Of a stretch of 50,972 nucleotides of DNA, positions 27,888 through 37,622 are shown piece by piece. The DNA is from a virus. Taxonomy: Duplodnaviria > Caudoviricetes. The notes under the pieces are model-generated. The model had not been told where the DNA came from, made no database searches, and worked only from the letters and a program-made list of their open reading frames with translations. The translations under genes were made by a program, and so were the position numbers. Where the stretch lies: IMG/VR virus record IMGVR_UViG_3300020598_000120, positions 1 to 50,972 of that record. One strand, 5' to 3'. How positions within the stretch are numbered: position 1 is the first letter of the stretch; each line of letters begins with the position of its first letter.

Positions 27888-28796
27888 TCAGCCGAGCGCG
27901 ATCAGGCGTGCGTCAAGTTGACGCTGCTTGCGCGCGGCCGCGACCGCGGCGCGCTGCTGTTGCTGGGCCGCATCGGCCAGCATCTCGGCGACTTCCTCGG
28001 CCGACATCGCCACCAAGGCCTCGCCCAGGATCCGGAGCGCCTCGCCAAGCTGCGCCGGGAGCGTCGAGCCGTCGCCTTCGTGCTCGGCCTCCCAGGAGAC
28101 CGAATCATGCAGCCACCCCAGCTCGCTCAGCAGGCTGGCGAGGCAGGACACGTCATACATGCCCTTCCGGCTCAGGCTGTTCCGCACGCCGTCCAGAATG
28201 GACTTCACGGCCTCCCCGCGGGCCGCCAGCCGGACGTCACTGGCACCCGGCTCCTCCATCAGGGCTTCCGGATTGGCCGGGATGCTGACGATGCTGAACT
28301 CCATCAGCTCCTGCCGGAGGAAGTCGAAGCCCGGCATCCAGTCCTCGGCGCCGCGCTCCGGGTCCTCCGTGATCTTCCATTCCAGCGGCCGGAAGCCGAC
28401 GCTGGTGGCCGAGAGGAAGCCGTCGCGGCACATGCGCAGCACCGCCTCGGCCCGGTCACCCACCACGGGCATGTCGGCCGGCACGAATTCCACCGCGGCC
28501 CGCAGCGCGCCATCGGAGACGCCGATCTCGGTGCACTTGCCGATCGGCAGCTCGTCCGCGTCATGCCCCCACAGCACCACCGGGTTCCGGCGATAGGCCG
28601 TGAGGTCCCAGCCCTCCAGCGCCACGGTATCGAGGTCACGATCCACGCCCGCCGTCGAGATGACGAAGCGGACCGTCCGGTCCTGCACGCCGCTCACCGT
28701 CGATACAGCCGCCTTGCTGAGCAGCGGCGTGGCAGCCTGCGCCTTCCCCTCCTTGGCTAGGCTCTTGAAGCGCTGGAGGTTTGTCTTCGCCTTCAT
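27888..28796 (-). CDS. HK97 family prohead protease
   Basis: 'NPVVLWGHD', 'SVGFRP', 'EFSIVSIPANPEAL'. Confidence 0.93.
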   Translation of the reverse strand: MKAKTNLQRFKSLAKEGKAQAATPLLSKAAVSTVSGVQDRTVRFVISTAGVDRDLDTVALEGWDLTAYRRNPVVLWGHDADELPIGKCTEIGVSDGALRAAVEFVPADMPVVGDRAEAVLRMCRDGFLSATSVGFRPLEWKITEDPERGAEDWMPGFDFLRQELMEFSIVSIPANPEALMEEPGASDVRLAARGEAVKSILDGVRNSLSRKGMYDVSCLASLLSELGWLHDSVSWEAEHEGDGSTLPAQLGEALRILGEALVAMSAEEVAEMLADAAQQQQRAAVAAARKQRQLDARLIALG

Positions 28797-29041
28797 GCGG
28801 CAGTCCTCCGAGGCCTCGGCCAATGGACGTTCCAAGCTCGATTGCGCCGTGCTTCTTCCAGGTGGTGTTCCTGCTGCACCTGGTGCGTCAGGAATGGAGA
28901 GCCGGCCAGCTCCGCCGCCTTGCGGAGGTGGTAGGCTTCCGCCTCGGCCTTCGAGAGATCGCGGTTGATAAACCAGCCCTTGATCGCGACCCTCATCGGG
29001 GGAGGGATGGGGCCAGAATAGGACGGCTCGCCCTCTGCCAT
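28793..29041 (-). CDS. Hypothetical protein between portal and protease
   Basis: ATGA overlap with the protease start; starts 1 nt after the portal stop. Confidence 0.5.
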   Translation of the reverse strand: MAEGEPSYSGPIPPPMRVAIKGWFINRDLSKAEAEAYHLRKAAELAGSPFLTHQVQQEHHLEEARRNRAWNVHWPRPRRTAA

Positions 29042-29042
29042 A

Positions 29043-30341
29043 TCAGGTCTCCCCGCTTGTTCCGTCGGCAGGCATCGGTTGTCCCGCATCAGGCGCGGGC
29101 GCAGTCGCAGCAGGCTTGGCGCCGGCGTCCCCCGTGTTCAGCGGAACCCGGAAGGCCCAGCCGCCCTCGTAGGGCTCCTTGCCTTCCTCGATCCGCGCCT
29201 CGTTGGGATTGCCCAAGCCGTTGTTGACTTCCAGGACTTGCGCTTGCACGCGGGTCAGGCGGTCACCGCGGAGCAGCTCGTTGAAGTCGAAGCGGATGTC
29301 GATCTCGCCCTGCTCGTCGTCCCAGAGCAACGTCTGCTCCAGCACCTCTTCGACCTGGCGCGCGATCGGCACCAATGTGTCGTTGATGTACTGCTGCTCC
29401 GAGTTCTCGATGTTCGAGAAATGGGCATTGCTCAGGTCGAAGACTTTATGCGGCGGCACCCCGAAGAGCCGGCAGATCTCCACCACGCTGAACTGACGCG
29501 ACGCCAGGAACTGTGCGTCCTCATTGGTCATCGCGATCTTGGCGAACTTGGTGCCCTCCTCCAGGACCGCCACCTTGTTCGCGTTCTGCACCCCGCCATA
29601 GGCCGCCGACCAGGAGGTCGCCATCCGTTGCGCCGCCTCGGTGCTCAGCTTGTTGGGCACCTCCAGCACCCCCGCGATCTGCGCGCCCTGCCGAAACAGC
29701 GTGGCCCCGTGCTGCTGGGTGGCCAGGGAGAGCCCGACCACGTCCTGCGCCAGCATGATCGGCGAAACGCCGGTGTAGCCGTCGAAGGTCATCCCCTTGG
29801 CATGCAGGACATTGCCCTGATCGAGGCGGAGTCCCTCGCCCAGGTAGGGATGGCTGACCTGGTACCAGAGGCGACCGTCCGGCGTGAGCAGCGGCGAAAC
29901 CCGGTCCGGGCTGACCGGCACAATCGCCGTCGGCTCACCGGCGCGCCCACGGATCACTGGCGCATAGGCATTGCCGCGCAGGGCCAACGCCCAGACGTAG
30001 TAGCTCCAGCACTGCGAGGCAGTCTGCCACTCATTCGGACGGCGGAAGAGCCGGTTCAGCGGGTGGTCGTAGTCCTCCCGGAAGCCACCCTTGCGCAGCC
30101 GGCGACGGACCCGGAGCGGCAGCTTGCCGACATCCTCCGACAGCCGCTTCACGCAGGCATAGACAGCCGCAGCCTGCAGAGCACTGAACGGATTCACCGG
30201 CACACCGGTGGAGCCCGGCATGACGCCGCCCCATCCGGCCAGCCAGGGACCCGCCGTTGAGGTCGACATGCTGCCGCTCTTCTGCGGCTTCCGATCGAAC
30301 GTTGGCTCGCGAGCGAGCGTGCCGAGACGAGGAGGCGGCAT
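29043..30341 (-). CDS. Portal protein, HK97 family
   Basis: 'AVYACV..LS..V.KLP', 'LRGNAY', 'G.SPI', 'DAQFLASR.F...EICRLFGVPP'. Confidence 0.95.
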   Translation of the reverse strand: MPPPRLGTLAREPTFDRKPQKSGSMSTSTAGPWLAGWGGVMPGSTGVPVNPFSALQAAAVYACVKRLSEDVGKLPLRVRRRLRKGGFREDYDHPLNRLFRRPNEWQTASQCWSYYVWALALRGNAYAPVIRGRAGEPTAIVPVSPDRVSPLLTPDGRLWYQVSHPYLGEGLRLDQGNVLHAKGMTFDGYTGVSPIMLAQDVVGLSLATQQHGATLFRQGAQIAGVLEVPNKLSTEAAQRMATSWSAAYGGVQNANKVAVLEEGTKFAKIAMTNEDAQFLASRQFSVVEICRLFGVPPHKVFDLSNAHFSNIENSEQQYINDTLVPIARQVEEVLEQTLLWDDEQGEIDIRFDFNELLRGDRLTRVQAQVLEVNNGLGNPNEARIEEGKEPYEGGWAFRVPLNTGDAGAKPAATAPAPDAGQPMPADGTSGET

Positions 30342-30343
30342 CA

Positions 30344-32095
30344 CTATCCTCCCAGGACCAGAACGCCGCGCTCTTCGTAGACGGAACGCCGGCTCTCGGC
30401 GCCCAGCATGCAGCGAGCCAGAGCCATGATGAGCGCGACAACGCCGTCGATCTTGTTCTCTGGCCGCTCCTTGCGCGGGAAGATGTTGTCCTTCGCATCC
30501 GTATGGCACACGACGTTCGAGATCATCCAGGCAAGCACCGGACAGCCGTCGTGGTGCAGTCGCCCCTGGCGCACCAGAGCGTCCAGCTCCTTCATCGGCT
30601 CGGAGAAGTTCGCGACGGTGTTGCGAAACTCGACAACTTGCGCGCCCTCTTCCTGCAGTTCCTGTGCCATCTGCGCTGCCTGCCAGGGATCGTAGGCGAT
30701 CTCCCTCAGATCAAAGCGCATGCTATCGTCCAGGATATCGTCGCGGATGCGGCGGAAGTCATTGACTTCGCCTGGCGTGGTGATGATGCGCTGCTGCAGG
30801 GCCCAGCCCGCATATTGACTGTTGCCACTTTCCCGCACCGCCGCCTCCGGCAGGTAGTAGGTTCCGAAGGCGTAATAGTGTGGCAGGCCATCCAGCTGCC
30901 GCTCGAAGATCTTTACCTTTGCGGCAATGTCCACCTTGCTCGCGAGATCCAGCGCTGCGACGCAGGATTCGCCCACGAAGTCGGCCTCGCGCAGGCTCGG
31001 ATCGGCCATTCGGTCCCAGGCCCGCATATCCATCCAGGCCTGATCCGCATTCACCCAGACATTGAGGTGCTTGGTCTTGAAGTTGTTCTGCGCCGCGGCC
31101 AGCTGCATGGCCTTGGCCGCCAGGCCCGACACATAGTCGGGCATGACCGACACGCCCCAATTCGGATTGGCCTTCGGCCAAACCGCCGGATCGGTCCAAT
31201 CGTCCGACTCGTCCAGCGTATAGATAATGCCAAAGAGCTGGTCGTCCTCAGCCGTGTCACCGGTCAGCCGGTAGGGGTTCCCGTCCCACTGGCGCAGCGC
31301 GGTGTTGAGCACCTGGGTCAGATAGCCCCGCAGCTCGTAGCAGATGCCGGCCCGGTTGGACCCGGCCGTGGTAATGACCCAGATCAGCGACTGGTCACGC
31401 TTGCCGGCGCCGGTCTCGATGACGTCGTAGATCTCCCGCGTCTTATGAGCATGCAGCTCATCGATGACCGCGAAGTGGATGTTGAGGCCGTCCTGGTTCT
31501 CGCTATCCCGCGAGAGCGGAACGAACTTGGACGCGGTGCGTGGCACGACGATGCTGTGCGCGCCGGTCTCCACCCCCAGGCTGCGGCGCAGCCCGGCGGC
31601 GCGCTGCGCCATCGCATGGGCATCGCCCCAGACGATCTTGGCCTGGTCCCGGTGCGTCGCGGCCGAATAGACCTCGGCGCCGCTTTCGCCATCGGCCGCC
31701 AGCATAAAGAGCGCGACGCCGGAGCTGAGAGTGGACTTGGCGTTGCCGCGCGGCACCTCGATGTGCACGCGCTTGAACCGCCTCAGCCCGGTTTCGCGAT
31801 GGACCCAGCCGAAAACCGTGGTCAAGATGAAGCACTGCCACGCCTCGAGCCGGATTAACTCACTGCGCCTGGCCTTCGGGCCCTTGATGTGGGGCAGCAG
31901 CTCGATGAAGCGGCAGATCCTCTCGGCCCGCTCCTTGTCGAAGACATAGGGCCAGCGCTTGTCCTTGCCGCGCTGGAGATCGGCGATCTGCCGCTGGCAC
32001 GCCGCCACCACCCACCGGCAGGCTGGGGTCCGTCCGGACACGACGGAGCGCGCGTAGGCATTCGCCCGCGCCACGTAGCCCCCGGCCTTTGTCAC
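30344..32095 (-). CDS. terL: Terminase large subunit
   Basis: 'PRGNAKST' Walker A, 'VIDELHAH' Walker B, 'YDPW', 'KIDGVVALIMA'. Confidence 0.95.
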   Translation of the reverse strand: MTKAGGYVARANAYARSVVSGRTPACRWVVAACQRQIADLQRGKDKRWPYVFDKERAERICRFIELLPHIKGPKARRSELIRLEAWQCFILTTVFGWVHRETGLRRFKRVHIEVPRGNAKSTLSSGVALFMLAADGESGAEVYSAATHRDQAKIVWGDAHAMAQRAAGLRRSLGVETGAHSIVVPRTASKFVPLSRDSENQDGLNIHFAVIDELHAHKTREIYDVIETGAGKRDQSLIWVITTAGSNRAGICYELRGYLTQVLNTALRQWDGNPYRLTGDTAEDDQLFGIIYTLDESDDWTDPAVWPKANPNWGVSVMPDYVSGLAAKAMQLAAAQNNFKTKHLNVWVNADQAWMDMRAWDRMADPSLREADFVGESCVAALDLASKVDIAAKVKIFERQLDGLPHYYAFGTYYLPEAAVRESGNSQYAGWALQQRIITTPGEVNDFRRIRDDILDDSMRFDLREIAYDPWQAAQMAQELQEEGAQVVEFRNTVANFSEPMKELDALVRQGRLHHDGCPVLAWMISNVVCHTDAKDNIFPRKERPENKIDGVVALIMALARCMLGAESRRSVYEERGVLVLGG

Positions 32096-32098
32096 GAA

Positions 32099-32569
32099 TC
32101 AGGCCTTCGCAAACTCGGCGAAGGGGTCGAAGAGGTCGCCCTGCTCCACACCGCGCAGCCGGAGCCGCGCCGCCGGGCTGAATCCGAAATTGCTGCCCAC
32201 CGCGTTCATCACCCGGATCGCTTCATTGGCGATACCGACCTGCGGCCGGGCCCGGATCATCTTCCCCATGCGCCCTTCGGTCACGTAGGTGTCCTCGCCG
32301 GCCGCCTCCAGGGCTTCGAGGGCACGGCGCCACTGGCCGTAAGCCGCGCACCAGGTCGCAAGCGCGACGTGATCCAGCTGCGTGAACAGCTGCTTTTGGA
32401 CCAGCGGAGGCACGACCTGGTTCCACGCTTCCCGGGCGTAGCTGTCGAGATAGCTGGGCGGCTCCGCCTCAACCGACTGCAGCCGCAGCGGGTCAAGCGG
32501 GATCTCGCGCTTGCCCGGGTTACCGTCCACCAGCTTCAGGTGCGACGGCTTCGGCTTGCGTCCCTTCAT
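32099..32569 (-). CDS. terS: Terminase small subunit, P27 family
   Basis: 'GRKPKP..LK...GNPGKR...PP.YL...FGFSPAAR'. Confidence 0.92.
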   Translation of the reverse strand: MKGRKPKPSHLKLVDGNPGKREIPLDPLRLQSVEAEPPSYLDSYAREAWNQVVPPLVQKQLFTQLDHVALATWCAAYGQWRRALEALEAAGEDTYVTEGRMGKMIRARPQVGIANEAIRVMNAVGSNFGFSPAARLRLRGVEQGDLFDPFAEFAKA

Positions 32570-32619
32570 GGCTCCCTCTCACCACCATCAGCTAAGTGAC
32601 TGAACTGGTAGCTTTCTTC

Positions 32620-32700
32620 CTCAATTTCGCGGTTGCGCGAAGTTGCCTGGGGGTACGGTCCACGCCGGCCATCCACCAGCTTTCGAGCCCCCTCCCCCCT
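32620..32700 (-). other. Candidate cos/packaging region
   Basis: Non-coding gap between HNH and terS with GGGGGAGGGGG...GACCG..CCCCC...ACCGCGAAATT, the usual position of cos in HK97-like phages. Confidence 0.5.
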
Positions 32701-32729
32701 GTCCTGCCGGTCCGGGAAGAGGCCGGGGA

Positions 32730-33068
32730 TCAGGCTCCTGGCCGCCCTCGGTCTCGCCCAGTCCGCCGGCTATGGCAGGGGGTGCAGAGCGGCCTGAGGT
32801 TCGTCCGCACCAGGCGCAGATCCGGACGGCGCGCGATCGGTTCGATGTGATCCACCTCGCGTGCCGGAGTCAGGCGTCCCAGCTCCAGGCAGAAGCGGCA
32901 GAGCGGTTCCTCAGCCAGCACTACATCGCGCAGGCGCCGCCACTGTCGATCGTAGCCGCGCGAGGATGCTGATCCTCGCTGCGCATCGAACACCGCGCGG
33001 TGTTGCCGCTTTGCCTCTATCGGGCTGGCCTGATGGGCAGGGCGATGGATCGGAGGGCGCGAAGGCAT
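32730..33068 (-). CDS. Terminase-associated HNH endonuclease
   Basis: 'RGY...W...PLCRFC...VDHI.P......NLRPLC..CHSRRT'. Confidence 0.92.
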   Translation of the reverse strand: MPSRPPIHRPAHQASPIEAKRQHRAVFDAQRGSASSRGYDRQWRRLRDVVLAEEPLCRFCLELGRLTPAREVDHIEPIARRPDLRLVRTNLRPLCTPCHSRRTGRDRGRPGA

Positions 33069-33082
33069 GCTCCCTCCAACGG

Positions 33083-33113
33083 AAAACGCCCGAGGCCTCT
33101 CGGCTCCGGGCGC
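33083..33113 (-). terminator. Terminator hairpin in the late-operon leader
   Basis: Minus strand CGCCCGGAGCC-GAGA-GGCCTCGGGCG-TTTT, upstream of the HNH start. Confidence 0.6.
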
Positions 33114-33157
33114 AATTCAACCAATATCGATTTGTTATCCTGAAACGTGTCGAAGCG

Positions 33158-33784
33158 TCAAGCGGCTTCCGTCTCCCATCCCGCGATCAGACAGTATTGC
33201 CAGAGCGAACGCTGCAGGGCACCCAACACTGTGCGCTCGTCCATCCCGAGGGCATCCGCCGCCTGCCGGATGCCCAGGTTCTCCGCGCATACTCTCAGTG
33301 TCACATCGAACAGCGTGGCTGAGCCTCGCCGGCTGGCCCTACGCGTCTCTGCCCAACTCCGCCAGGGTTGGAAGCGATTCGCGCAGGCTGGCAGCAAGGA
33401 GGCGGGAATGTCCTCCCCAGGCGCACCCCCATCTACCTCGCCGTAGCGGCTCTGTGCCAGCTTCGGTCCGCCGCCTACCGTGGCCGCATGCACCCGGCTG
33501 ATCTCGCGCCCGGCCTGTGCCTGTATGGGGCGGATGTGACCCTTCACCTCCAGCTGCTGGAGCGAATCACGGAAGATCAGTCGCCGACGCGGCTGCGCAT
33601 CAGCAGGAGTGCCGGATGGGCGGGTGATGCCGCGCAGCACACACGCCGTTTCCATCAGGGCGTCCCGCAGCGCGTCGCCCATGTGGAAGCCCGGCTCGGC
33701 CCGCGCAGTGCCGGCGCGGCGGGTCAGGCAGGATGCGTCTGTGCGGGGCAGACGACGACCCTCGATCAGCAGCGTCAGAGCCAT
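33158..33784 (-). CDS. Putative late transcription regulator (Q-position, DUF6456-like)
   Basis: Last gene before the packaging module; C-terminal HTH-like 'GIRQAADALGMDERTV...L'. Confidence 0.55.
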   Translation of the reverse strand: MALTLLIEGRRLPRTDASCLTRRAGTARAEPGFHMGDALRDALMETACVLRGITRPSGTPADAQPRRRLIFRDSLQQLEVKGHIRPIQAQAGREISRVHAATVGGGPKLAQSRYGEVDGGAPGEDIPASLLPACANRFQPWRSWAETRRASRRGSATLFDVTLRVCAENLGIRQAADALGMDERTVLGALQRSLWQYCLIAGWETEAA

Positions 33785-33800
33785 GACGGTCCTCCTTGGA

Positions 33801-34658
33801 TCAGGCGATTGCGCGCCCGTAAATGGCCTCGGCCCGGCGGCGGTCGGCCTCGAGTTCAGCCAGCTGGTCATTGCGCCCTTGCGCTGCCCGGTTGCGCTTC
33901 AGGGCAACGTCGCTGATGGCGCCGCTGAAGAAACCCAGCCAGCGCACGCGGCGGGCATCGAAGGTCGGGCGGCTCATGGCATCCCGCACGCCCTGCAGGA
34001 TTGTCTCCCGGCTGTGGCCTTCACTGAGCCACCCCTGCACTGGCCGGAAATCGAAGCCGCCATGCAGCGGATCCAATCCTGCCAGCTCGGCGATCTCTTC
34101 CCCGAGGGAAACCCAGGTGGGTTTCTCGCGCGCGGTACTACGACTCTCCTCTTTCAGAGGAGTAGTAGTACCTACCGCGCGCGAGCTTTCGCCGGATGGT
34201 TTCCGTGCGGTTTCCTGGGTTTCCGCGCGGCCGCCGGCGATCGGCAGCGCCAGGTTGCCCTGGCGGCGCGCAAGGGCCTGCTCCGGCGTTTCTCCCTTGA
34301 GCGGCCGCCCGCCCCGTTTCCCATTGATCCTCGCCGCTTCCGCCCGTGCGGTGTCGGCCGCCACGCCGGGCAGCAGGATGGCGTTGGCCGCGCGGTCGAG
34401 CTCGATCATCCCGATGGCGGCGAGGGTTTCGAGATGGGTCTCCGCTTCGGTTTCCGAGATGGGTTCCGAGACGGAGACCAGACGGGAAACCGAAGCGGAA
34501 ACCGAGCCCAGGAAGCTCCAGCGGCCAGGCGTCGGCGAGGCGAGCATCAGGCTGGCCAGACGCAGCCAGAAGCCCTGCACGGCCAGCGGCAGCAGCAGGA
34601 AGTTGGAATCGGTCGCGGCACGCTGGAGGAGGCGCTGTGCGGTGGAGGTGCGGGCCAT
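33801..34658 (-). CDS. Putative phage replication initiator
   Basis: Adjacent to DnaB; N-terminal 'LPLAVQGFWL.L', 'NGKRGGRP' motif; internal DNA repeats. Confidence 0.6.
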   Translation of the reverse strand: MARTSTAQRLLQRAATDSNFLLLPLAVQGFWLRLASLMLASPTPGRWSFLGSVSASVSRLVSVSEPISETEAETHLETLAAIGMIELDRAANAILLPGVAADTARAEAARINGKRGGRPLKGETPEQALARRQGNLALPIAGGRAETQETARKPSGESSRAVGTTTPLKEESRSTAREKPTWVSLGEEIAELAGLDPLHGGFDFRPVQGWLSEGHSRETILQGVRDAMSRPTFDARRVRWLGFFSGAISDVALKRNRAAQGRNDQLAELEADRRRAEAIYGRAIA

Positions 34659-34666
34659 GGGATACC

Positions 34667-36121
34667 TCACTCAGCCGGGTGGGTGGCGTCGTCGTAGAAC
34701 CAGGTCAGCTCCGCATCCCAGCGGAGCCGGATGATGCCGGTGGGGCCCTGGCGCTGCTTGGCTAAGATCAACTCGGCCTTGCCTTTGCAGGCCTCAACCA
34801 GGCTGAGCCAGGCCGCCTCGCGGTCCGCGAGGTCCTCGGCGGACTCGTTGTCTTTGCGGGTCGGAGGATTTTTCGCGAGGTAGTAGTGCTCGCGGTGCAG
34901 GAACATGACCACGTCGGCGTCCTGCTCGAGCGAGCCGGAATCGCGCAGATCGGACAGCTGCGGCCGCTTGCCCTCGCGCTTCTCATTCTCGCGGGAGAGC
35001 TGCGACAGCGCGACCACTGGCACCTTCAGCTCCTTGGCCATGGCCTTCAGGCCGCGGCTGATCTCGCTGACTGCTTCGTTGCGGCTTTGCCGCGCGGCGA
35101 TGTCGCTGGCGCGTAGCAGGCCGAGATAATCCACTAGGATCAGATCCAGACCGCGTTGGCGCTTCATCCGCCGCGCGCGGCCGCGCAGATGGGCGACACT
35201 GGGGCTGGACGCTTCTTCGAACTCGATCGGCAACGCGGCGACGGCCATCTGGGCGCCCACAATGCGGTCGATCTTGCCCTGCGGGATTGGCTCGAGGCCC
35301 TCCGGCCCTTCCTGATGGCCGCTGAGCACTTCGACCAGGGGAATGTCAGCCTCGGCGGCCACCATGCGGGCCGTCACATCGGCCGCTGACATCTCGGCCG
35401 TGACGAACAGGACTCGCATGCCGGCGCGCGCCGCGTTGCGGGCGATGGTCGCACCCAGGGCCGTCTTGCCCATGCTGGGCCGTGCGCCGATCAGGATCAG
35501 CTGCTGCTCGCGGAAGCCTTTGGTCATGCGGTTTACGCCCCGCAGACCGGTATCCACGCCCAGCAGGCCGCCACGCGAACTGCGCGCCCGCATCATGTGC
35601 TCAACCGCGGCTTGCGCCGCCGCGCTCGCCGGGATCAGCGGCGCCGCCTGCCCGCCGCCCTCAGCCAGGGCGCTCAGGGCGGCCTCGGCCTCTTCGATCT
35701 GGACCTCGGGCGCCAGATCGGGCTCATCCCCGTGCGCCCGGTTAACGATGACCTCGCCGAGATCGATCAGCTGGCGCCGCTGCCAGCAGTCCAGCACCAC
35801 CCGCCCGTATTCGCCGGCATTGATGACGCCGACCGTGGCAGTCAGCAGCTGAGCGAGGTACCCGATGCCGCCCAGTTCCCCCAGCGCCCGGGAGCCTTCG
35901 AACTCGCCGCGCAGGGTGACCGCGTCGGCGACCTGGCCCGCCTCCACCCGGCGCTGGATGGCGGCAAAGATGGCGCCATGCGCCGGATGCGCGAAATGCT
36001 CGGGCCGGAGGAAGTCGGAGACGCGCTCATAGGCCCGGTTATTGGCCAGCAGCGCGCCCAGCAGGGACTGTTCGGCCAGGGTGTTGTGCGGCGGATGGCG
36101 CAACGTCGCAAGGTCGGTCAT
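34667..36121 (-). CDS. dnaB: Replicative DNA helicase DnaB
   Basis: 'AEQSLLGALL', 'GARPSMGKT', 'VDYLGL', 'LSQLSR', 'SDLRDSGSLEQDAD', 'KQRQGPTG'. Confidence 0.95.
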   Translation of the reverse strand: MTDLATLRHPPHNTLAEQSLLGALLANNRAYERVSDFLRPEHFAHPAHGAIFAAIQRRVEAGQVADAVTLRGEFEGSRALGELGGIGYLAQLLTATVGVINAGEYGRVVLDCWQRRQLIDLGEVIVNRAHGDEPDLAPEVQIEEAEAALSALAEGGGQAAPLIPASAAAQAAVEHMMRARSSRGGLLGVDTGLRGVNRMTKGFREQQLILIGARPSMGKTALGATIARNAARAGMRVLFVTAEMSAADVTARMVAAEADIPLVEVLSGHQEGPEGLEPIPQGKIDRIVGAQMAVAALPIEFEEASSPSVAHLRGRARRMKRQRGLDLILVDYLGLLRASDIAARQSRNEAVSEISRGLKAMAKELKVPVVALSQLSRENEKREGKRPQLSDLRDSGSLEQDADVVMFLHREHYYLAKNPPTRKDNESAEDLADREAAWLSLVEACKGKAELILAKQRQGPTGIIRLRWDAELTWFYDDATHPAE

Positions 36122-36363
36122 CGGGGCAGTCCAGTGGGCACGGCGTCCGCCGCGCGGCATTGCTGATGGAGCCGCAGTTCAGCGGCGATGCGGTCCTGCA
36201 TGGCGGCGAGCGCGGCGGCGCGCTGTGCGGCGGGCAGTGCGTTGATGGCGAGGGCGGCATTGCAGGCCAGCGAGGCCAGCGCGCGGCCGATGGCGCGGCC
36301 ATCCAGGGCCTGGGTGATCGCGGTACAGGCGCGCATGTCCGGCGACGGCAGAGCGGCGCTCAT
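36118..36363 (-). CDS. Hypothetical protein
   Basis: ATGA overlaps on both sides. Confidence 0.55.
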   Translation of the reverse strand: MSAALPSPDMRACTAITQALDGRAIGRALASLACNAALAINALPAAQRAAALAAMQDRIAAELRLHQQCRAADAVPTGLPR

Positions 36364-37067
36364 GAGGATCGCGGCGCCGCCCGGCACCGGATCGCCAGAT
36401 ACTCCATGTGTTCGCCCTGGCGGCGCGTGAAGAGCAGCACCTGGCCGCCCGCTGCAGCACCCGAGGCCTCCAGCGCATCCTGCAGGGCCAGGGCGACATC
36501 CGGCGCCCGTTCCTCGCGCGCCAGGCCGCGCGCCGCGGCGAGATGGCCCCGGAAATAGACGAAGCGCTCGCCCGGGGCGGCTGTCTGCAACCACTCACCA
36601 AAGCCGCCGGGCGCCGCCTGCGGAGGGGGTCGGGAGCCGCCCTCGCCGGCTCCCGATGTGCCAGAGGGACCTGCCGCCCCCTCCGGCCGCGGCGTGGGAC
36701 GGATGGGGGGCGCGACGCGTTTCGCCTCCCGCGCTCGAGGGACCGCATTTTTGCGCGGCGTCGGCGCCGCGATCTTTGTCGGCATGGGCGGCACCGGCTG
36801 GTCCCGCCAGCCCGGCAGCACCTGCACCATGTGCCGGTGTTCGACCTTGGCAATCCGGATGACGCCGGCCAGCTCGGCGCGTCGCAGTGCTTCCCGGGCT
36901 GTGGCCTTGCAGCGGATACCGAGAGCCTGCGCGACGGCCGCATGGGACGGGCACAGCGCTGGCATTAAGCCGAATTGCTGATGCAGCCAAGCCGCCAGCC
37001 GACTGGTCCGTTCGCGGCGGATCCGCTCGGCATTGCTGAGGGGCTCGTTCATTGCCCGCTCCACCAC
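36360..37067 (-). CDS. Hypothetical protein with N-terminal winged-HTH-like segment
   Basis: 'CPS.AAVAQALGI...AREALRRAELAGVI'; start uncertain. Confidence 0.5.
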   Translation of the reverse strand: MVERAMNEPLSNAERIRRERTSRLAAWLHQQFGLMPALCPSHAAVAQALGIRCKATAREALRRAELAGVIRIAKVEHRHMVQVLPGWRDQPVPPMPTKIAAPTPRKNAVPRAREAKRVAPPIRPTPRPEGAAGPSGTSGAGEGGSRPPPQAAPGGFGEWLQTAAPGERFVYFRGHLAAARGLAREERAPDVALALQDALEASGAAAGGQVLLFTRRQGEHMEYLAIRCRAAPRSS

Positions 37068-37088
37068 AGCGCCGCGCGTCGGGAAGCT

Positions 37089-37532
37089 TCAGCTCGCAGG
37101 GTCGCCAGATCCACGACGTCGGTCCACCGTCGCTCTCTCCACAGAGCGAAATGTGCCATGAACTTGTTCCAACGCTGCCTCATGCGTGCTCCTCAGGGCG
37201 TCGAGCCGCGCGGTGAGCAGAGCGCGCTGGGCATCGAGCCGGCGGGTTTCCTGGGCAATCCACGCCGCATATCCGGCGCTGATGCGCTGGCTCTCACTCA
37301 CGCGGGGATCGGTGATTTCCTGGTGCCAGTAGCTGCGCACACGCCGCGGCGTGATGTCGCAAAGTCGGGCTACAGCTTCATAGGCGCGGTCCAGGCCAGT
37401 GTTCCTAAAGGCCAGAACCATCTCGCGGATCATGTCCGGAGCGGCGACTGACTCAGACACGGCTAAAACCTCCAGAGGTTTGGGCGAAACGTCCAACATT
37501 GCGGGTGCCCTCCATGGCTTCATTTCGGCCAT
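37089..37532 (-). CDS. Hypothetical DNA-binding protein (cII position)
   Basis: 'AVARLCDITPRRVRSYW..E' HTH-like segment; lies downstream of cro. Confidence 0.55.
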   Translation of the reverse strand: MAEMKPWRAPAMLDVSPKPLEVLAVSESVAAPDMIREMVLAFRNTGLDRAYEAVARLCDITPRRVRSYWHQEITDPRVSESQRISAGYAAWIAQETRRLDAQRALLTARLDALRSTHEAALEQVHGTFRSVERATVDRRRGSGDPAS

Positions 37533-37622
37533 GGAGGCTGCTCACTTGAGAACCGACTGCGCTAACGAGCTGGGGCTGGCACCCCAGCTCGGCCTGTCCC
37601 GCCTGGGTCATGAAGGCAGCCA

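Noticed and set aside
26175-28760. 861-aa plus-strand ORF, and similar long ORFs at 3814-5397, 9606-10967, 21108-22391 and 30257-31858
   Set aside because: Antisense shadows of well-supported minus-strand genes; expected in high-GC DNA and lacking motifs
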